Part shown: positions 35,886 through 48,900 of the stretch, piece by piece | Position numbering within the stretch: the first letter of the stretch is position 1 | Layout of the letters: every line of letters starts with the position of its first letter | DNA from: Tubiluchus corallicola | Taxonomy: Eukaryota; Animalia; Priapulida | Direction of reading: 5' to 3' | Length of the DNA stretch: 64,000 bases | Assembly: GCA_030141605.1 (NCBI GenBank) | Contig: JAQGDQ010000942.1 | Span: forward strand, 1-64,000 | Program-made: the position numbers and the translations under genes | Notes under the pieces: model-generated | What the model saw: only the letters and a program-made list of their open reading frames with translations | Database searches by the model: none | What the model was told of the DNA's origin: nothing

Positions 35886-36908
35886 TTATTTTTCCTTTTC
35901 TGCATCCCATCCAAGCTTTATTGGTTTTTCTGGTAAACTCGCTAAAGAGACATTCCACACTAACAGAGGTTCAAAATCACATTCACCAACAGGTTCTTTA
36001 GAAGTTCTTTGATAATTCATTCCCACTTCTCTTCTGTTACAAGCAAACGTTTTGTTATCAGGTAAATTAGCGTACAGTGTATACAAGTTGTTTACTGCAA
36101 AATAATACATGATGTATGATGAAGGCATAGACCTCATCTTTAAATGACGTTTTCGTATCCAGGCATTTGTGATTAATCTTCGTCCTGGAATTATCGGAAT
36201 GAAACTTTCATCTTTCATTACATCAAACACCCAATTGCGAAACTGATGCCATATTTCTGGAATTGGTGCAAATCCCCAAGTGCCTATCTGATGATATAGA
36301 AACACGTCTGCACTATAACAATCTTGACACAGAGGATTTCTGTGCTTTCCTGTTCTTGAAATCAAGGTTCCTCTCTGCAGAGTTATACCTCCAACATCAG
36401 TTTTTTTGTGATACTGTAATAATGCAGCTTTAAGCCATGTATAATAGTGAGGGGAAACTTCCAGATCATCTTCCAAAATCAGCCCGAATTCTCCTTTCCT
36501 TCCAGATGTCTTCCAGCAGTCATACCATTGCAAGTATGGTCCATAGTGTACAGGGTGGACAACAACTTCCTTTCTACCATAAATCCATATAAATGAGTGA
36601 ACGACGTCAAGTGTAATAGCTGATTTTGAACTTTCATTAGCACTTCTGTCTACACAAATCTTTAACCCAACTTCATCCTCACTGTAGTTACTTGAATTAA
36701 GAGACTTTAGAAGCCTCAGCAATGACGCTGGTCTATTGTAAGTCAATACAACGATTTCCAACTTAAACAATTCATTTTCTTTCTTACACTTGTTATGATT
36801 AGTCGATCTCAAATGCGGAATTCCACAATGGAACAACACAAACATACAAAAGCAGGCAAATATGACAAATCTTTGCCGCTTATTGCAAACTGATGCCTTT
36901 CTGCGCAT
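35886..36908 (-). CDS. Intronless GT-A-fold (GT2-like) glycosyltransferase, type II membrane, 340 aa
   Basis: Basic tail + TM FVIFACFCMFVLF; IVVLTYNRPASLLRLLKSL, FIWIYGRK, QWYDCW, ILEDDLEVSPHYYTWLK, GITLQR, FLYHQIGTWGFAP; resembles an uncharacterised family I recall from plants, fungi and some marine invertebrates. Confidence 0.88.
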   Translation of the reverse strand: MRRKASVCNKRQRFVIFACFCMFVLFHCGIPHLRSTNHNKCKKENELFKLEIVVLTYNRPASLLRLLKSLNSSNYSEDEVGLKICVDRSANESSKSAITLDVVHSFIWIYGRKEVVVHPVHYGPYLQWYDCWKTSGRKGEFGLILEDDLEVSPHYYTWLKAALLQYHKKTDVGGITLQRGTLISRTGKHRNPLCQDCYSADVFLYHQIGTWGFAPIPEIWHQFRNWVFDVMKDESFIPIIPGRRLITNAWIRKRHLKMRSMPSSYIMYYFAVNNLYTLYANLPDNKTFACNRREVGMNYQRTSKEPVGECDFEPLLVWNVSLASLPEKPIKLGWDAEKEK

Positions 36909-38599
36909 TACTATTTAACTAAGCAGTTAGTCATTGCAGAAGATAAATGAACTCCATCCCTTCACAAGCTCTAAAATTGGCTTTTATTGCCGGCATATGT
37001 TTTCTAAATCGCACACTTTAAGTTTTTCGCAAATGGTGCGCTCTCTGATGAGAAATATCGTACTGCATTGTGAGATTATTGAAAAGATAATGATGGTGGC
37101 GTTTGCCACCGAAGGTCAAATTCAATTTGATTCGTTTATTCAGTTAAAGTTGCACAAAACTTTTAATAGCATATCGTGCTTTCCTGAAAGATTTCATGTC
37201 ATCAGTCAAAAACAATGAGCACGTGAAGTAACTTTTCGTTTTTATTGGTTAGATGTTGTAGGTAGTTGCAGCCATATCACCAAGCTTAAAATTAAAGTGT
37301 ACACTTTAATATAATTTGTGCACAGCGGTAATGAACTTTTTTTGGTAAAAAAAATTACCTGCAATTTACTAAATCACTTTACGATATATGAGATATGCTA
37401 GTATTCAAAACTTACCATCACCAGCAAATAATCTATAATTCGTGCATTCGTCTAAGAGTATCTAATACCCATTTATCGCATGTTAAATGTTTCATCTTTC
37501 AATGACAAATCTAATGTACACATCTGGTTTGCTGCTGATAATTAGTTGCTAGTTTGCTTATCGTTTGCAGCGTTTGCTTCTTTGACTCTCACTCATTTCT
37601 GAGACTAAGAAAGAAACTGTGTTTGGTTGAAATCAAAAGTGACGCCATCATCTTTGCTCGTGCAGTAGATGCTCAGTGCACTCTTCCATGTTGCTGTGAA
37701 GAAGACCATAAATTAACTCACAACAGTAACAACAATAATTTTTATCATTAGCTTTATTTATTTTCGAAACCACATGTACAGTGACATACGTGGTTCAATT
37801 AGAAAATAATGACTGACAAAAACAAGAATGGATTTAACTTACACACAAGAAGACAAAACAATTAGTTTAAACGACCCAACACAAAGCAATAATTGTATGT
37901 TGTCCAGAAAAAACGACAGTTGCTCTTTGCCTAGTGAATGTCTTCGAATCAGAGGTGATTTTGTAATTAAGCGCATTGTTTGTTAGTAACATTTGTTTGA
38001 TAGCAGCTGCTTACGTTTCCTACGTTTGTTGCATCCTTTTAGTGGGATGTCACTGAAGCAATGCTCAATAAAAGTAAATACTGCAAACTTTGCGAAAGTA
38101 TTTTAGCAGACTGCATCTTACACAATAATTAAAAACTTTGTCATCGTAATAATCTTGTGTAAGCAACATTGTTTCAAGGCTTACAGTTGATATTGCTTTC
38201 AAATGGTGCTTTTTCGTTTGGGTGGCGCATGCGCCACGTGATGTCTATGGATCTAGTTTTGGCAATAAATCCTATCAATACGCGCTTTTATTCTTGTAGC
38301 ATGTTTGCAGGAGTAAATGTAAAAAGTTTGAGGGTGGGCAGTTAAACCTACGCCTACAGTGAAAAGCACTGCAATATGGTAAGTGCAATATACATTCAGC
38401 AGAGGTTAACAGTAAATAGTAATGCGTACATCACAAGTAGGATGTAACCAAACAACAGATGGCATGTTCCATGTAAGAGCATCACGAAATTTGAAAATCT
38501 TTATGTATACGACGCCTTAGCCCGAAACGAGCGGAACACATTCGATGAAAAACAGATCAAAATATAAACACAATTTAAATATTATATATACAGTAGTGA

Positions 38600-40745
38600 A
38601 TAACAGGGTTCCTTAGGTGCTGCCTACTTCTTCCTCTTTTTTCTTTTATCAATAAATTTGTTACACGTTTCCCTGTTGCTCTTCTCCACGATAGTCGATT
38701 CTTGCATTCATCCAGAACTTCACCACATTTCAAAGTGCCTTTACGGGAATCCTTGTATCTTAGCTTAGTGCCTCCAATGGGGTGTGTCACTTGTGTTAGT
38801 TCCCCACACAGAAGGGCTTTCACTGGTCTCTCATTATCCATTCTAGAAGCATTGCCCAGCCAGCGCACTCTACTTTCCAATTTGATTTCGATGTCTTCAA
38901 CACCTGCAAGAGTTAAAACTTCATCGTTACTAATGTAATCATCCCATTTGATTTTCAAGATTTGTGTCAAGTGACTTTGTTGTACAGTGCGAAGCTGTCT
39001 GACCTGGTGATGATAAAGAGACCAAGTTTACCCCCCCCCCGTAAATTAGTAATGGCATCAGGCACTGGTTTTAAAGTTTGATTTTCGTTGACTAAGTGAG
39101 TTCATGTGAGTCGAAAACTCTACTTCGTAGTTTTCCATTTGCACAGGACACTACTTGGATGCATGACGTAAGCTCTTCTTTCATCGCATATTTTTCTTCG
39201 GTTACATAACTACCGAGGTACTTGAAACGGTTTATATTCTTCAGTTTTTCACTGTGTATGAAAAGCTCGACTAGAAGTCCCGTGCAGATGGTTTCAGTTT
39301 TAGTAATGTTGATGGAGAGGCCCATCTTTTTAGCCATTTAGTTGTACGCTGCAATCAAAAGCTGCAGACCGATAGCGGAATCGGCGTACTGTGCCTCTCT
39401 GATGTATTCCGTGAAGAATTTGGTCTTACATTTGAGTCTAATGAAATCAAATTAGTCACCGTTATATCTAAACCTGATTTCAGTGCTGTATTGGTGGCGT
39501 ATGGTTTTGTAGGCGAGCCATAATAAAACCACAGCATAAATACCATATAGGGTAGGTGCTAATTTATGTTCAAAAGGTTCTGTCAATTCGCTGCCAACGG
39601 TGAGTCTAGCGTGAACATTTGACTACAGCTTCTTGATTATCCATATGAGCTTTGGGGGACAACCAAGCTTTCCCAAAATTTTATAGAGCAGATACCGATT
39701 CATCATATCAAACGCCTTGGTGAAGTCAACAAAGGCAGTGTAGGTGTCCCTTCGTTGTTCTCTTTATTTTTCCATCAGTTGTCTGAGGATAAAAATACCA
39801 TCGATGGTGCTTCTGCCATCTTGATAACCACAACGAGGTTGAGGATATACTATTTCAGCTAGTCGTTCTCTGTAGAAAGCTCTCGTTCTCTGCAAACACC
39901 TTTTCAACAATGCTAAGGAGGGATATACCTCTACAATTGCCACACTGACTTTTGGGTTTTGAATAGTTTCATGATGTTGGGATCAGTCATGTCAGACGGG
40001 ATAACTACTAAAGTCCAGAAAATGGTGATTTCTCAAAGCGAGGACCTCCAAGAACTTCAGGTAACACACCATCCGGACCAGGACTTTGACCGAGTCTGTT
40101 GTTCTTGAGCACTTGATCCAACTCAGCTTCCGTTATTGGTGCATCTAATGATTCATCTATAGGATGCTGTTCAATTTCTTCCACAATGGTTATATGTACT
40201 TCAGAAGGTTGGTTCAACAGTTCACTGAAATGTTCCACCCATCTATCTTTAATTTCTTCAGAGGAGGTGAGAAGAATGCCATTTTTCGACCGTACTGGAT
40301 GTGAACTGCTGGATCTTGGAATTTAAACTTCATTTAATGTTGCATTTTCGATGATTCTTTACCTGTGTAAACTGCTCTGCATCTTCCGGTTTTTTGGAAC
40401 CAATTGTTTTTTAAAGTTCTGATGCGGTCTCTGAGAGCCTTTCTATTGAGTTTCTTGTCTCTCAAAAGCTGTTGTATCTCTTCGTCTCTTCATCGAACCA
40501 GTCGTTAGAGGCTTTCTTCTTCTTGCCAAAGGTGAGTCCTGCTGCTTCTTGCAGGAGAATTTTAAATTCTTCCCCGTCCTTGCTGCATTCAAAAGCTTTT
40601 CGAGCTTATCTCTCCTTTCCCTGGTCATGCATTTATCAAGCTTCTTTGGAGGTTTCACACCTTTTTTCTTCTGCTTAGTAAGGATAGCCTTACTAAACAC
40701 ACTCCAATCACTGCGATATAGTAACACTCATCAAGCTGCCGACTG
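38600..40745 (-). mobile_element. RTE-clade LINE ORF2 pseudogene, 5'-truncated
   Basis: WVEHFSELLNQPS, SPGPDGVLPEV, CGNCRGISLLSIV, AFVDFTKAFD, KLGCPPK, GLSINITKTE, RWLGNASRM..RPVKALLCGEL...KLRYKD; many frameshifts. Confidence 0.92.
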
Positions 40746-40774
40746 TTAAGCACACAAAACTGCCAAAAATCCAA

Positions 40775-42230
40775 ACTGCTATAGCAAAATCATACTGTTT
40801 TTCATTGAGTTATTTAGTAAGATTTTGCCATAGGAAACTCTTACTGTTTTCATATGGGTGTTTTTTAAGATTTTCGTATCGCAAAATCTTACTAGTTTTC
40901 ATTGAGTTATCATTATTTAATTATTTATTTATTCTCCGCCACTTTAACGCTTAGTAACTCATAAGCCTTTGCATGCTAGGATCACCAAACTCTGGATTGG
41001 TAGCACTGGGTGGGGGACGTACAACAGATTGACAAACACTGACCACTGGGCAAGGGAGAAGGGCATTTGGGTATTGGTTATTTTTTTCATTTAGGTCGCA
41101 TCTTCCCCTAAGGCTTTCGGTTTTTTCCAATTTTTTTTACTATTTTGGCACTGTGGGGCAGGGGTGCGCCAGGGGTTTTAAACATTGGCAAGTTTTAAAT
41201 GCCTGAAGGAGGGTGTTGGGAGCTAGTAGATTTTTGTGGTACGGGGTGCAAATCTTTACCTCCCAACTCATCCACAAATCTGACTAACCTGTCGCGTCAT
41301 CTTTTATTCACACTAAAAGGGTTGTGCAATATATATGGGCGGTTGTTGTCCTACAATTTTTCAGTGATGACGCAGGTTGCAGCACCAATCAAACATGAAC
41401 TAACGATTGGCTCACAAGGCTTTGTGGTTGACTTGCTCAGGATACGTCCACAACATCTGGACACTGGTGGCTAGTCACGCTTCTCCTTGTAGTTTAGAAT
41501 TTGGCACATCGTAGAGAGTTTCAACATCTCATCAGTGTGAATAAAGCTCCATCCACAACATCAAAACTGAGGTAGTTTGGTATCACCACTGATAGTCTTT
41601 TCATAATGGATCAGTCAAACAGCAGATGTGCACAAGTTTAGTGCCTCAGAGACTCTTATAACCAAGATTAGTATTTTAACCATTTTTTGTAAACTAAAGA
41701 TGAAGTTAAATGTTAAAGCATTTTGGCTGCTTTCAGATTCAGCAGTCACACTGTACTCTCCTGGATATCTGTGTCATGCACTTTCCAAGATCATGTTATG
41801 CATGGATAGGTTATAGTATTATGAAAGGAGGGGTGATAGGTAGGAAGCCCTTCCCACAGATTATACTACAGCAAGATCTAGTTTAGCTATGTGTAAGAAC
41901 CTTACAGAGGGACAAAAACACAAAATTTGGGGTCACCCAATTGGTGACTTTTTACATGCTGAGAGCTAGGAAAAAACTCACAGGGTACACTTATGGTCAA
42001 AGTTGTCTATGTATATATGTGACCGGATTTGCCGGGTCAAAGGTCACAGAGCGGGCGGGTCTTCATATATTTTTCTCTTTGATCCATCTGTTCCCATGGT
42101 TTTTGAGCTCAGGCGATAATATTTGGTATGTGATTAGGTAGGGCAAGGGATAAGTAACGTGCTAAGGATAATCATATTTGATTACCGCTATCACAGCGAA
42201 TTTAATATTTTATGTGACAATAAAGTATTT
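40775..42230 (+). mobile_element. Helentron-associated (HINE/DINE-like) non-autonomous composite element
   Basis: Tandem head hairpins taagatttt-N8-aaaatctta, a TTA-rich tract, gctaggatcaccaaact and gggtcaaaggtcac core-like motifs; no ORF. Confidence 0.5.
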
Positions 42231-42264
42231 AAAGTATTACTATTTTTACTACTAGGTACGTAAG

Positions 42265-42365
42265 GTAAGCAGGTAGGTAGGTAGGTAGGTAGGTAGGTAG
42301 GTAGGTAGGTAGGTAGGTAGGTAGGTAGGTTGGTAAGTAGGTAGGTAGGTAGATAAGTAGGTAGG
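42265..42365. repeat. (TAGG)n microsatellite
   Basis: gtaggtaggtagg run. Confidence 0.95.
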
Positions 42366-43106
42366 ACTTAGATAAGATCGTAAAAAGAAGATTGTATATC
42401 CAGCAGTTCCTTTGCTTTAAATATTGTCTGTGCTGGTTAACATTCAAATGTGGTCCAGAGTGCGTCCAAGGGTTCCGGACTCCTCCCATTTCACGTGACG
42501 GGGGTCCCATTTGCCTTGAAAAGACGTAAAATTAAACTCAATACTGCAGGAAGCCGCGTTCTTGCAGCCAAACGCAATACAATATACTTTGTTTATTTAC
42601 TCAATGAGTAAAAACTATTACACATTACTATAAAATGCGTTCTACATACATACAAAGCAATAAAATTGACAAAAGTAGAGAGTGAAGCAAAAACTTATGT
42701 TTTCGATCCACAAAAAAGCAAAATGCAAAATCCTGTGGTTGTGAACACACTAGTATGAGTTATGGTCCAAATAGTGCAGAATGGAATCACGGTAAACTAG
42801 TGGACGTTTTTGAGACTGTGTCAAAAACTGTGGTAAGATTCTGTGACAGAAGATGCTTTAACTGACAGCTTTTGTATTGTATTTGCAAATAAAAATTGTT
42901 AATTACTTTAATTAACGTAACAGACCGTTAATTACGGAAGGTCTTCTGATGAAAAATTTACAATAACCACAACAAACTTTTATGACACGTGGTAGAATAA
43001 TTGTTCCAGCACAAAAGCACACTGGCTATTTGGGTTCAGATATTATCACGTTGCGACGACATCCTACTAGTGCACAAGTGCGTTCGAGTCACAAAAATTC
43101 TGATTC

Positions 43107-44309
43107 TGTTATGAATTTATTTTGAAATGAGAAATTAATTAGAAAATTAATTGATAAGAATTTGGAACTACATTAATCGTAATAGATTAGCTAGTAAACA
43201 AAGCTAATGCCGTTAGACCATAAGTGACTCACTCAGCTTGTATCGTGAATTTAATGAGTTAAGTTGTATAAATCGTAGAATATGGAAATATTAAATAAGC
43301 GCGGTAGACCTGCAGCACAAACGAACTCTACCGTTATTAGCCCAGATAGTTCAGAATACGGTGGTACGGAGAAGAGCAACTTCCTAAATCGAATGACCAC
43401 TGGTCAGAAGGCTTATTGTACAAAATAGGTGACTTCCACCAACAATAATTAGCCCACCGACTCAGGCTATATGCTCTAAGCCCTGGGACAATAAATTGCA
43501 GTCTTCTCAGTATAACCGAGTACCATCAAAATGATGGGTACCATCTTTGAATAGGCAGCCAATGAGCTCTTCAACATGTCACTGGCTAAATGTCATGTCA
43601 AGTGACCTTCGATTCAAAAGCCAGTGCAGAGAGCTCTGGTGGGTTGTTGATGCTTGGATTGCGAGAGAAGCAGAGCTGCCGAGAATGCGAGACGATCTTG
43701 GAGACGAGTCTCTTCTTTTGCTCAGCGTGGAGAGGAATTCTACGTCGTTTGTAAATCAAACCTCTGAAGCTAAGATTCTTGATTAGGAGTCTGGATCTGA
43801 CCAATTACAGTTGTTAGATTGGCCAGGCCACACGTTAAGTGACTTTACGATTATTTTTAGTTAGTGTAACGTTTATACTTGCTAATAATAATTTGTAATT
43901 TGTGCACAAGAAGTGCAAGCATAACAGTATAATAAATAAGTGTTGATCGGTATATTGTTTGTAATCTACCGCTTCTAGTTGTAAGAATCTACCAGCTCAT
44001 AAGTTAAATATTCGCCAACGTGAAATCCTAGACTTGTTTAATATTTGGAACTCATTTTAATAAAACTTTCATCACTGTTAATGATCGTTGAATTGCTTTG
44101 CTATACTAGAAGTAATCAAACAACATTCTCGTTAAACACACTATAAGTCGTTTGCAGAAATAAGCGAGCGATAATTCTGATTAGTGCCTTCACGCAGGGC
44201 CACTAATTATAATGTCCTGGATTGTTACATCCTGCTATGCTCTCTGTCGTCTTCTTATTAACTTTGCATTTAGCATCTCCCTAAATCAGGCCCAGAGCAG
44301 ATAGTAAAA
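43107..44309 (+). mobile_element. Solo LTR (~1.2 kb), same family as 16990-18297
   Basis: Same first 22 nt as 16990 and collinear internal blocks; 3' end tentative (GTAAAA, flanks attc/gttc). Confidence 0.7.
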
Positions 44310-44329
44310 GTTCTGATTCCAGTACTGAG

Positions 44330-44830
44330 TTTCTGAGCTGATAGTACACTGTAATTACTACACAATTGTTTCTCAACATTTCCTTTAGATGCCCTATGGG
44401 TGACCCCAGAATCCACCAATTTTCTTGATCTTGGTCATACGGTTGACATGCATTTTATGCAAAGGTTACCAAAAGTCTAAGATGAAGGACACTTTTTTCC
44501 AAAATAACGAAAATTAAGTCATTTGTCAAAGACACGAAATGTCAAATATCGAAACTGGAAGCTTTGGTGTACCCGACCCCCTCGATTTTGGTTTATTGCT
44601 CCCCAAAAAATTTTCTGTATGCAAATGGCTCATATTCAGCCATGCACAACAACACGGCACCTCCTAGCCACATACCAAAAATTTAGGCTAAAAAACTGTA
44701 GGAGGAAAAAAGCTAGTGTCCTGTGAGTTTTGTGACCCTAGCCCCGTGCGTGTATGAGTTGTTAAAGAAACAAAAAGGCATAAATAATAATAATAATAGT
44801 AATAATAATAATATTAATAATAATAATAAC

Positions 44831-44866
<36 letters not shown>

Positions 44867-44915
44867 AAAACCAAGGGTAAAACAAGAGCATTCTGCTGTA
44901 AACAGAATCTTAATA
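44330..44915 (-). mobile_element. HINE-like element with an (AAT)n tract
   Basis: Hairpin attctg-N7-cagaat beside (AAT)n 44780-44865; aaaactcacagg and ggggtcaccca motifs shared in reverse with ~41925-41990. Confidence 0.45.
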
Positions 44916-45631
44916 AATAAATAAAAATAAAAACCACGGGAAAATCAATGTGTAGGAATGTCAAAAGTAAATTTCTGGTAACTAATCCGAATGCAAAAAC
45001 ATCAAACATCCATACACAATACTCATATACATTTTAGCCTTAGGCCTACTCTACATTCACGGAGAACTGCCGTCAAAAGATAAGACGGCCTTAATTTTGT
45101 CCTTGGCTGATCGGTTGGCTTTGCCTGGAGTAGCAGGCGAGCTTACAGCAAGCAGTTTCCATATAAACCCAGATATTGTTTTCGTGTTTCTGCTACCATA
45201 CATGTACAATGAGGCAACGAAAATTATTGTAGGGTCATTATAAATTTCCACAGTTTTAGCAATAACCAGGTTTCAGGATTGCTATAGATTTGAATTGGTG
45301 TTTTGTGACTGCCGCATACATACTTGCAGCGGTAAGGCAGCTGGTGTAAAAGCACCGCAAAAAGACACTTTACTAATAATAAAACAACTAAATTTACAGT
45401 GTAAACACGGATTTATCTATGCGGGACATTACCACTTAGAAAAAGATCTGAGTCCTGCATGAAATTGTAAACGAGCTTTTATTTATTAGTATTACACGTA
45501 AATATAAAACATTCCATTAAACCATTTCACAGATGAATCAACAAAGGAAAAACTATGATTGCATTCATGTAGTTATATCACATCATAGACAATAAAACTT
45601 TTATTATAGATAGTGTATTTGAAAGATTATA

Positions 45632-45999
45632 TTATAATGACATAAAAGCTGGCATATAGCTTTTTGCATGTTTTAGAGCTAGCGTCTCATATTTTACACC
45701 AAAGCGACCAAACACTAACAAGTTCGTTTTTGAGTTTCTGATTACTGAACAAAAACTTTGTAGTTTTGGTTTGTGTGCATATTTTGACAAAATGTCTGCT
45801 GTAAAAGCTTGCTTTAGTTGTCTGCTTTTGCGTTCTTGTTTATAACTACGATTCTTCTGTTGCATTCGAGTGTGAATCAAAAACGCATTGTCAAGAATGT
45901 GAAAGTTGTAATCTTCCAGGCACATCTCAAATAGTTGCTGCATTTTATTGAATCCAAATCCTCGAAACCTTTCATCATACATAGGAACATTGTTGTCAC
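45632..45999 (-). CDS. B4GAT1-like exon 3
   Basis: tttttgaag|(C)DNNVPMYDERF...AFMSL-stop. Confidence 0.88.
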
Positions 46000-48900
46000 C
46001 TTCAAAAATGTAAATATTGTCAGAAGTTTTCGATAAAAATGGAAAAGTTTCTATACACAATTGTGTATGGTATTTACTGCAGGTAATAACAAATATGCCA
46101 AAATGCATATTTTATAAAGAGTCACATATAGGGACTGTGGTATCTGTCATTCATGTTGCATGGAATTGTAACTATAACTCCAACAGGACTACCGACAAGA
46201 ATTTGATTATTGTCACCCAGGCCTAATGATGAAGATAATGGTTGTATGACATCAATATACATTACAGGAAAGCATTAATTCAACCACAGCTGCACGTTGA
46301 GCTTTTACAAAATCGACATGCACTTCCGGAGGATCACCTCATTATGTGTCACGCAAACATTAATAGCCTAAAAATATTAAACTCGTAAAACCATTTGAAA
46401 TATTTAACAAGAATTCAGTAGATGTGTCCGTGATATCTCAGACCGAACTAGAAAAAAGCATTTTGAACAGCCCGCCAACAAATTGTTACTACAAAGTGGT
46501 TGCAGAGATGCAAATTAATCTATTGGTGACGTAGATATGTACGTGCGAAACCAACAGTTACTACATCAGATCATTTCCTAAGTAATCAGCCCTAAATCGC
46601 GTCATTTTGATGACATTCCCTGTACAATTTACAATGTAATTTGCTGACTCATAACCGTGTTCCCAAAATAGCTGCAAAGTGACGAAAATGTACTTCAAAA
46701 TAGTTTTTATTATTTTCTGCACATATTGTATCGCAAGCATAACATGTGAACAAACTTGTGAAGAACAATGTTGTAAGTGGCTCTTCGTAAATATCTTATG
46801 AGATATTGCAAAAAAGAAACAACTTTTATTAAAAAATTTAACTCCTTAAGGACTGTAAGCTTTTGGTGCTTTTTGCATGAGTTCATGAAAAACTGCTCTC
46901 ACTAAGCAGCGGTTACATTTAATATTTATTTGTAGTTTTCTACTGCTTATACAATGGATACCGCATGTTGACGAATAAATTCAAAAAAAATTCAGTAAAT
47001 GCATGTTGGAGTGCCTGAAAGGGGCGTGTTTTTCCAATTAACTTTATCCAATTAAATCACATATAAATGCTTAAACAAATAAAATGATTGGAAAGCCACT
47101 ATTGCCCTGAATAGAACAGTACCTAATTTGTAATCATTTAGTTATGTCTGTGCACATACAGTATCAGCAAAGTCATAGGTCTCATAAGACCTACTATGAA
47201 TGCTGCTGACGGAGTAAAGATATGAAATGTTAAAACACGTGGCATATTCAGGCTACAATCATCTTCAGTGTGATATTATGAAAACTAAACCTATTCACTC
47301 CTAATTACGTATTTAAAAGGAAGCCAATTGGCCTGTGGAAAAGAGAGCGATACAATAAAGCTATAGTTAGGTGCATGTAAGCAAAGTTAAAGGAATTGAA
47401 CTATTCGGCACATTAAGAGAAGGCCTGTTAGAATACATTGATAAACTTCATTTCATTAAAGATGGAAGCCCTCTCAAGAAAATTAAGTGCTACAAACCCG
47501 GAAAAATCTGGTAGTCTTTCTAGGTGGTCATTGGTCTGGAGGCATAACGGAAATTAGAGGCAACTATGCATCATAACTGGTAGCAGAATCTGTAGGAGAA
47601 CGTGTACATTATTGTACTAGACTGAGCCGTGACGTGATTACGGAGACGACGTACCCGTGAAAGACTAGACAGAGTTTCGCCAAAACTTCGAGGGTGACAT
47701 CAGTTTGAGTTGGTTGAAGTCTTGCAGAACCATCTGATGGTGACAGTAAACCAAATCAAAGGTTAAGGATGAACTTCTCTATAAAGGCTATCACATGAGA
47801 GTGAATATTGATTTATGAATAATGCTGTTGCTCATCCAAATGTACCACTACACGTTCTCAGTGATAGTTTGCATGAACTAACTTGAACTAGGCGGTTTTC
47901 GTGTCCAGTGATCATGTTTATGAGTGAAGTTCTGTCATTCCAAAACAGTTAACATACTTACAAATGTAAACAGGCTCCCATCGTGGAGGTATCCATTTAC
48001 TGACAAAAAATGTCTCTAGTTGATTTGGTGTTTCTATATTTTGCCATAGCTCATAATATGGGATAGTATGGCAGCTTGAGCATGTTTCCTGAAAGGAAAG
48101 CAACATGGTAAATAATTTTGCGATATGAAAAATTTTCGATTTCGACTGTCAGGCAATTTTTTGAACCGTCAGACGAATTTTTAAGAAGAATAGTGAATAA
48201 GGAGAATAGAGGAAGAGAACTCAGCTTATAGTAATTTGAAAGTAACTGTAACATTACAAACAATTGGTATTACAGAATGCTAAATTCAATTTTCAATAAT
48301 TAAAAGGCATGCAATTTGTCTTGGTTGCTTACTGCAGATTTTGCGTAAAGCAGAAATTACGCTTTTGTGACAACAATGTGCAAAAAAATCAAACATTCAG
48401 ACACATGCAGCATCATTGCTCCAACATGCTGATCAACATGCTTCTATCAGAGCCACTTTCTTTGGCGAAGCTTCATAATGTGTTTACTGAATTTCCCCAT
48501 AGTGAAAATCATTTAGGTGATCAGTCATTGAAATTAGCATCACTAACCATCATGATATAAGTTTTGTTTAGCGGAGATGTTCGTTGTCTATTCCCATGCC
48601 AAGTACGTTATAAGATGGATGTACTGATGTTGCTTTTAACAAAACTTTTAAATCTTAGTTAATAGGAATCGGGGATAACTGACTGAATATAACTACTTGA
48701 CAACAGCAAACAAAGCTTGTCGCCTTTATGTTACAAATAGCACACAATTTGATGATCTGATTGAATTTGCCACAAGGTGAATGTATATTGCGTGGTTTTG
48801 TAGTCTCTATCAAATTTACCTTGCAAAATCAAATTAATTTCATCTGTTTTGACGTAAGTAATCTTCATATTTTTAAAATAATTTCTTCGCCCAATTATAT

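Noticed and set aside
46000-46108. N-terminal part of ORF 45632-46108 and tail of ORF 49308-50366
   Set aside because: Intronic read-through beyond the splice sites of the B4GAT1-like gene
47590-47910. Possible small LTR in B4GAT1-like intron 2
   Set aside because: CpG-richer and LTR-like in texture, but no termini, TSD or second copy found
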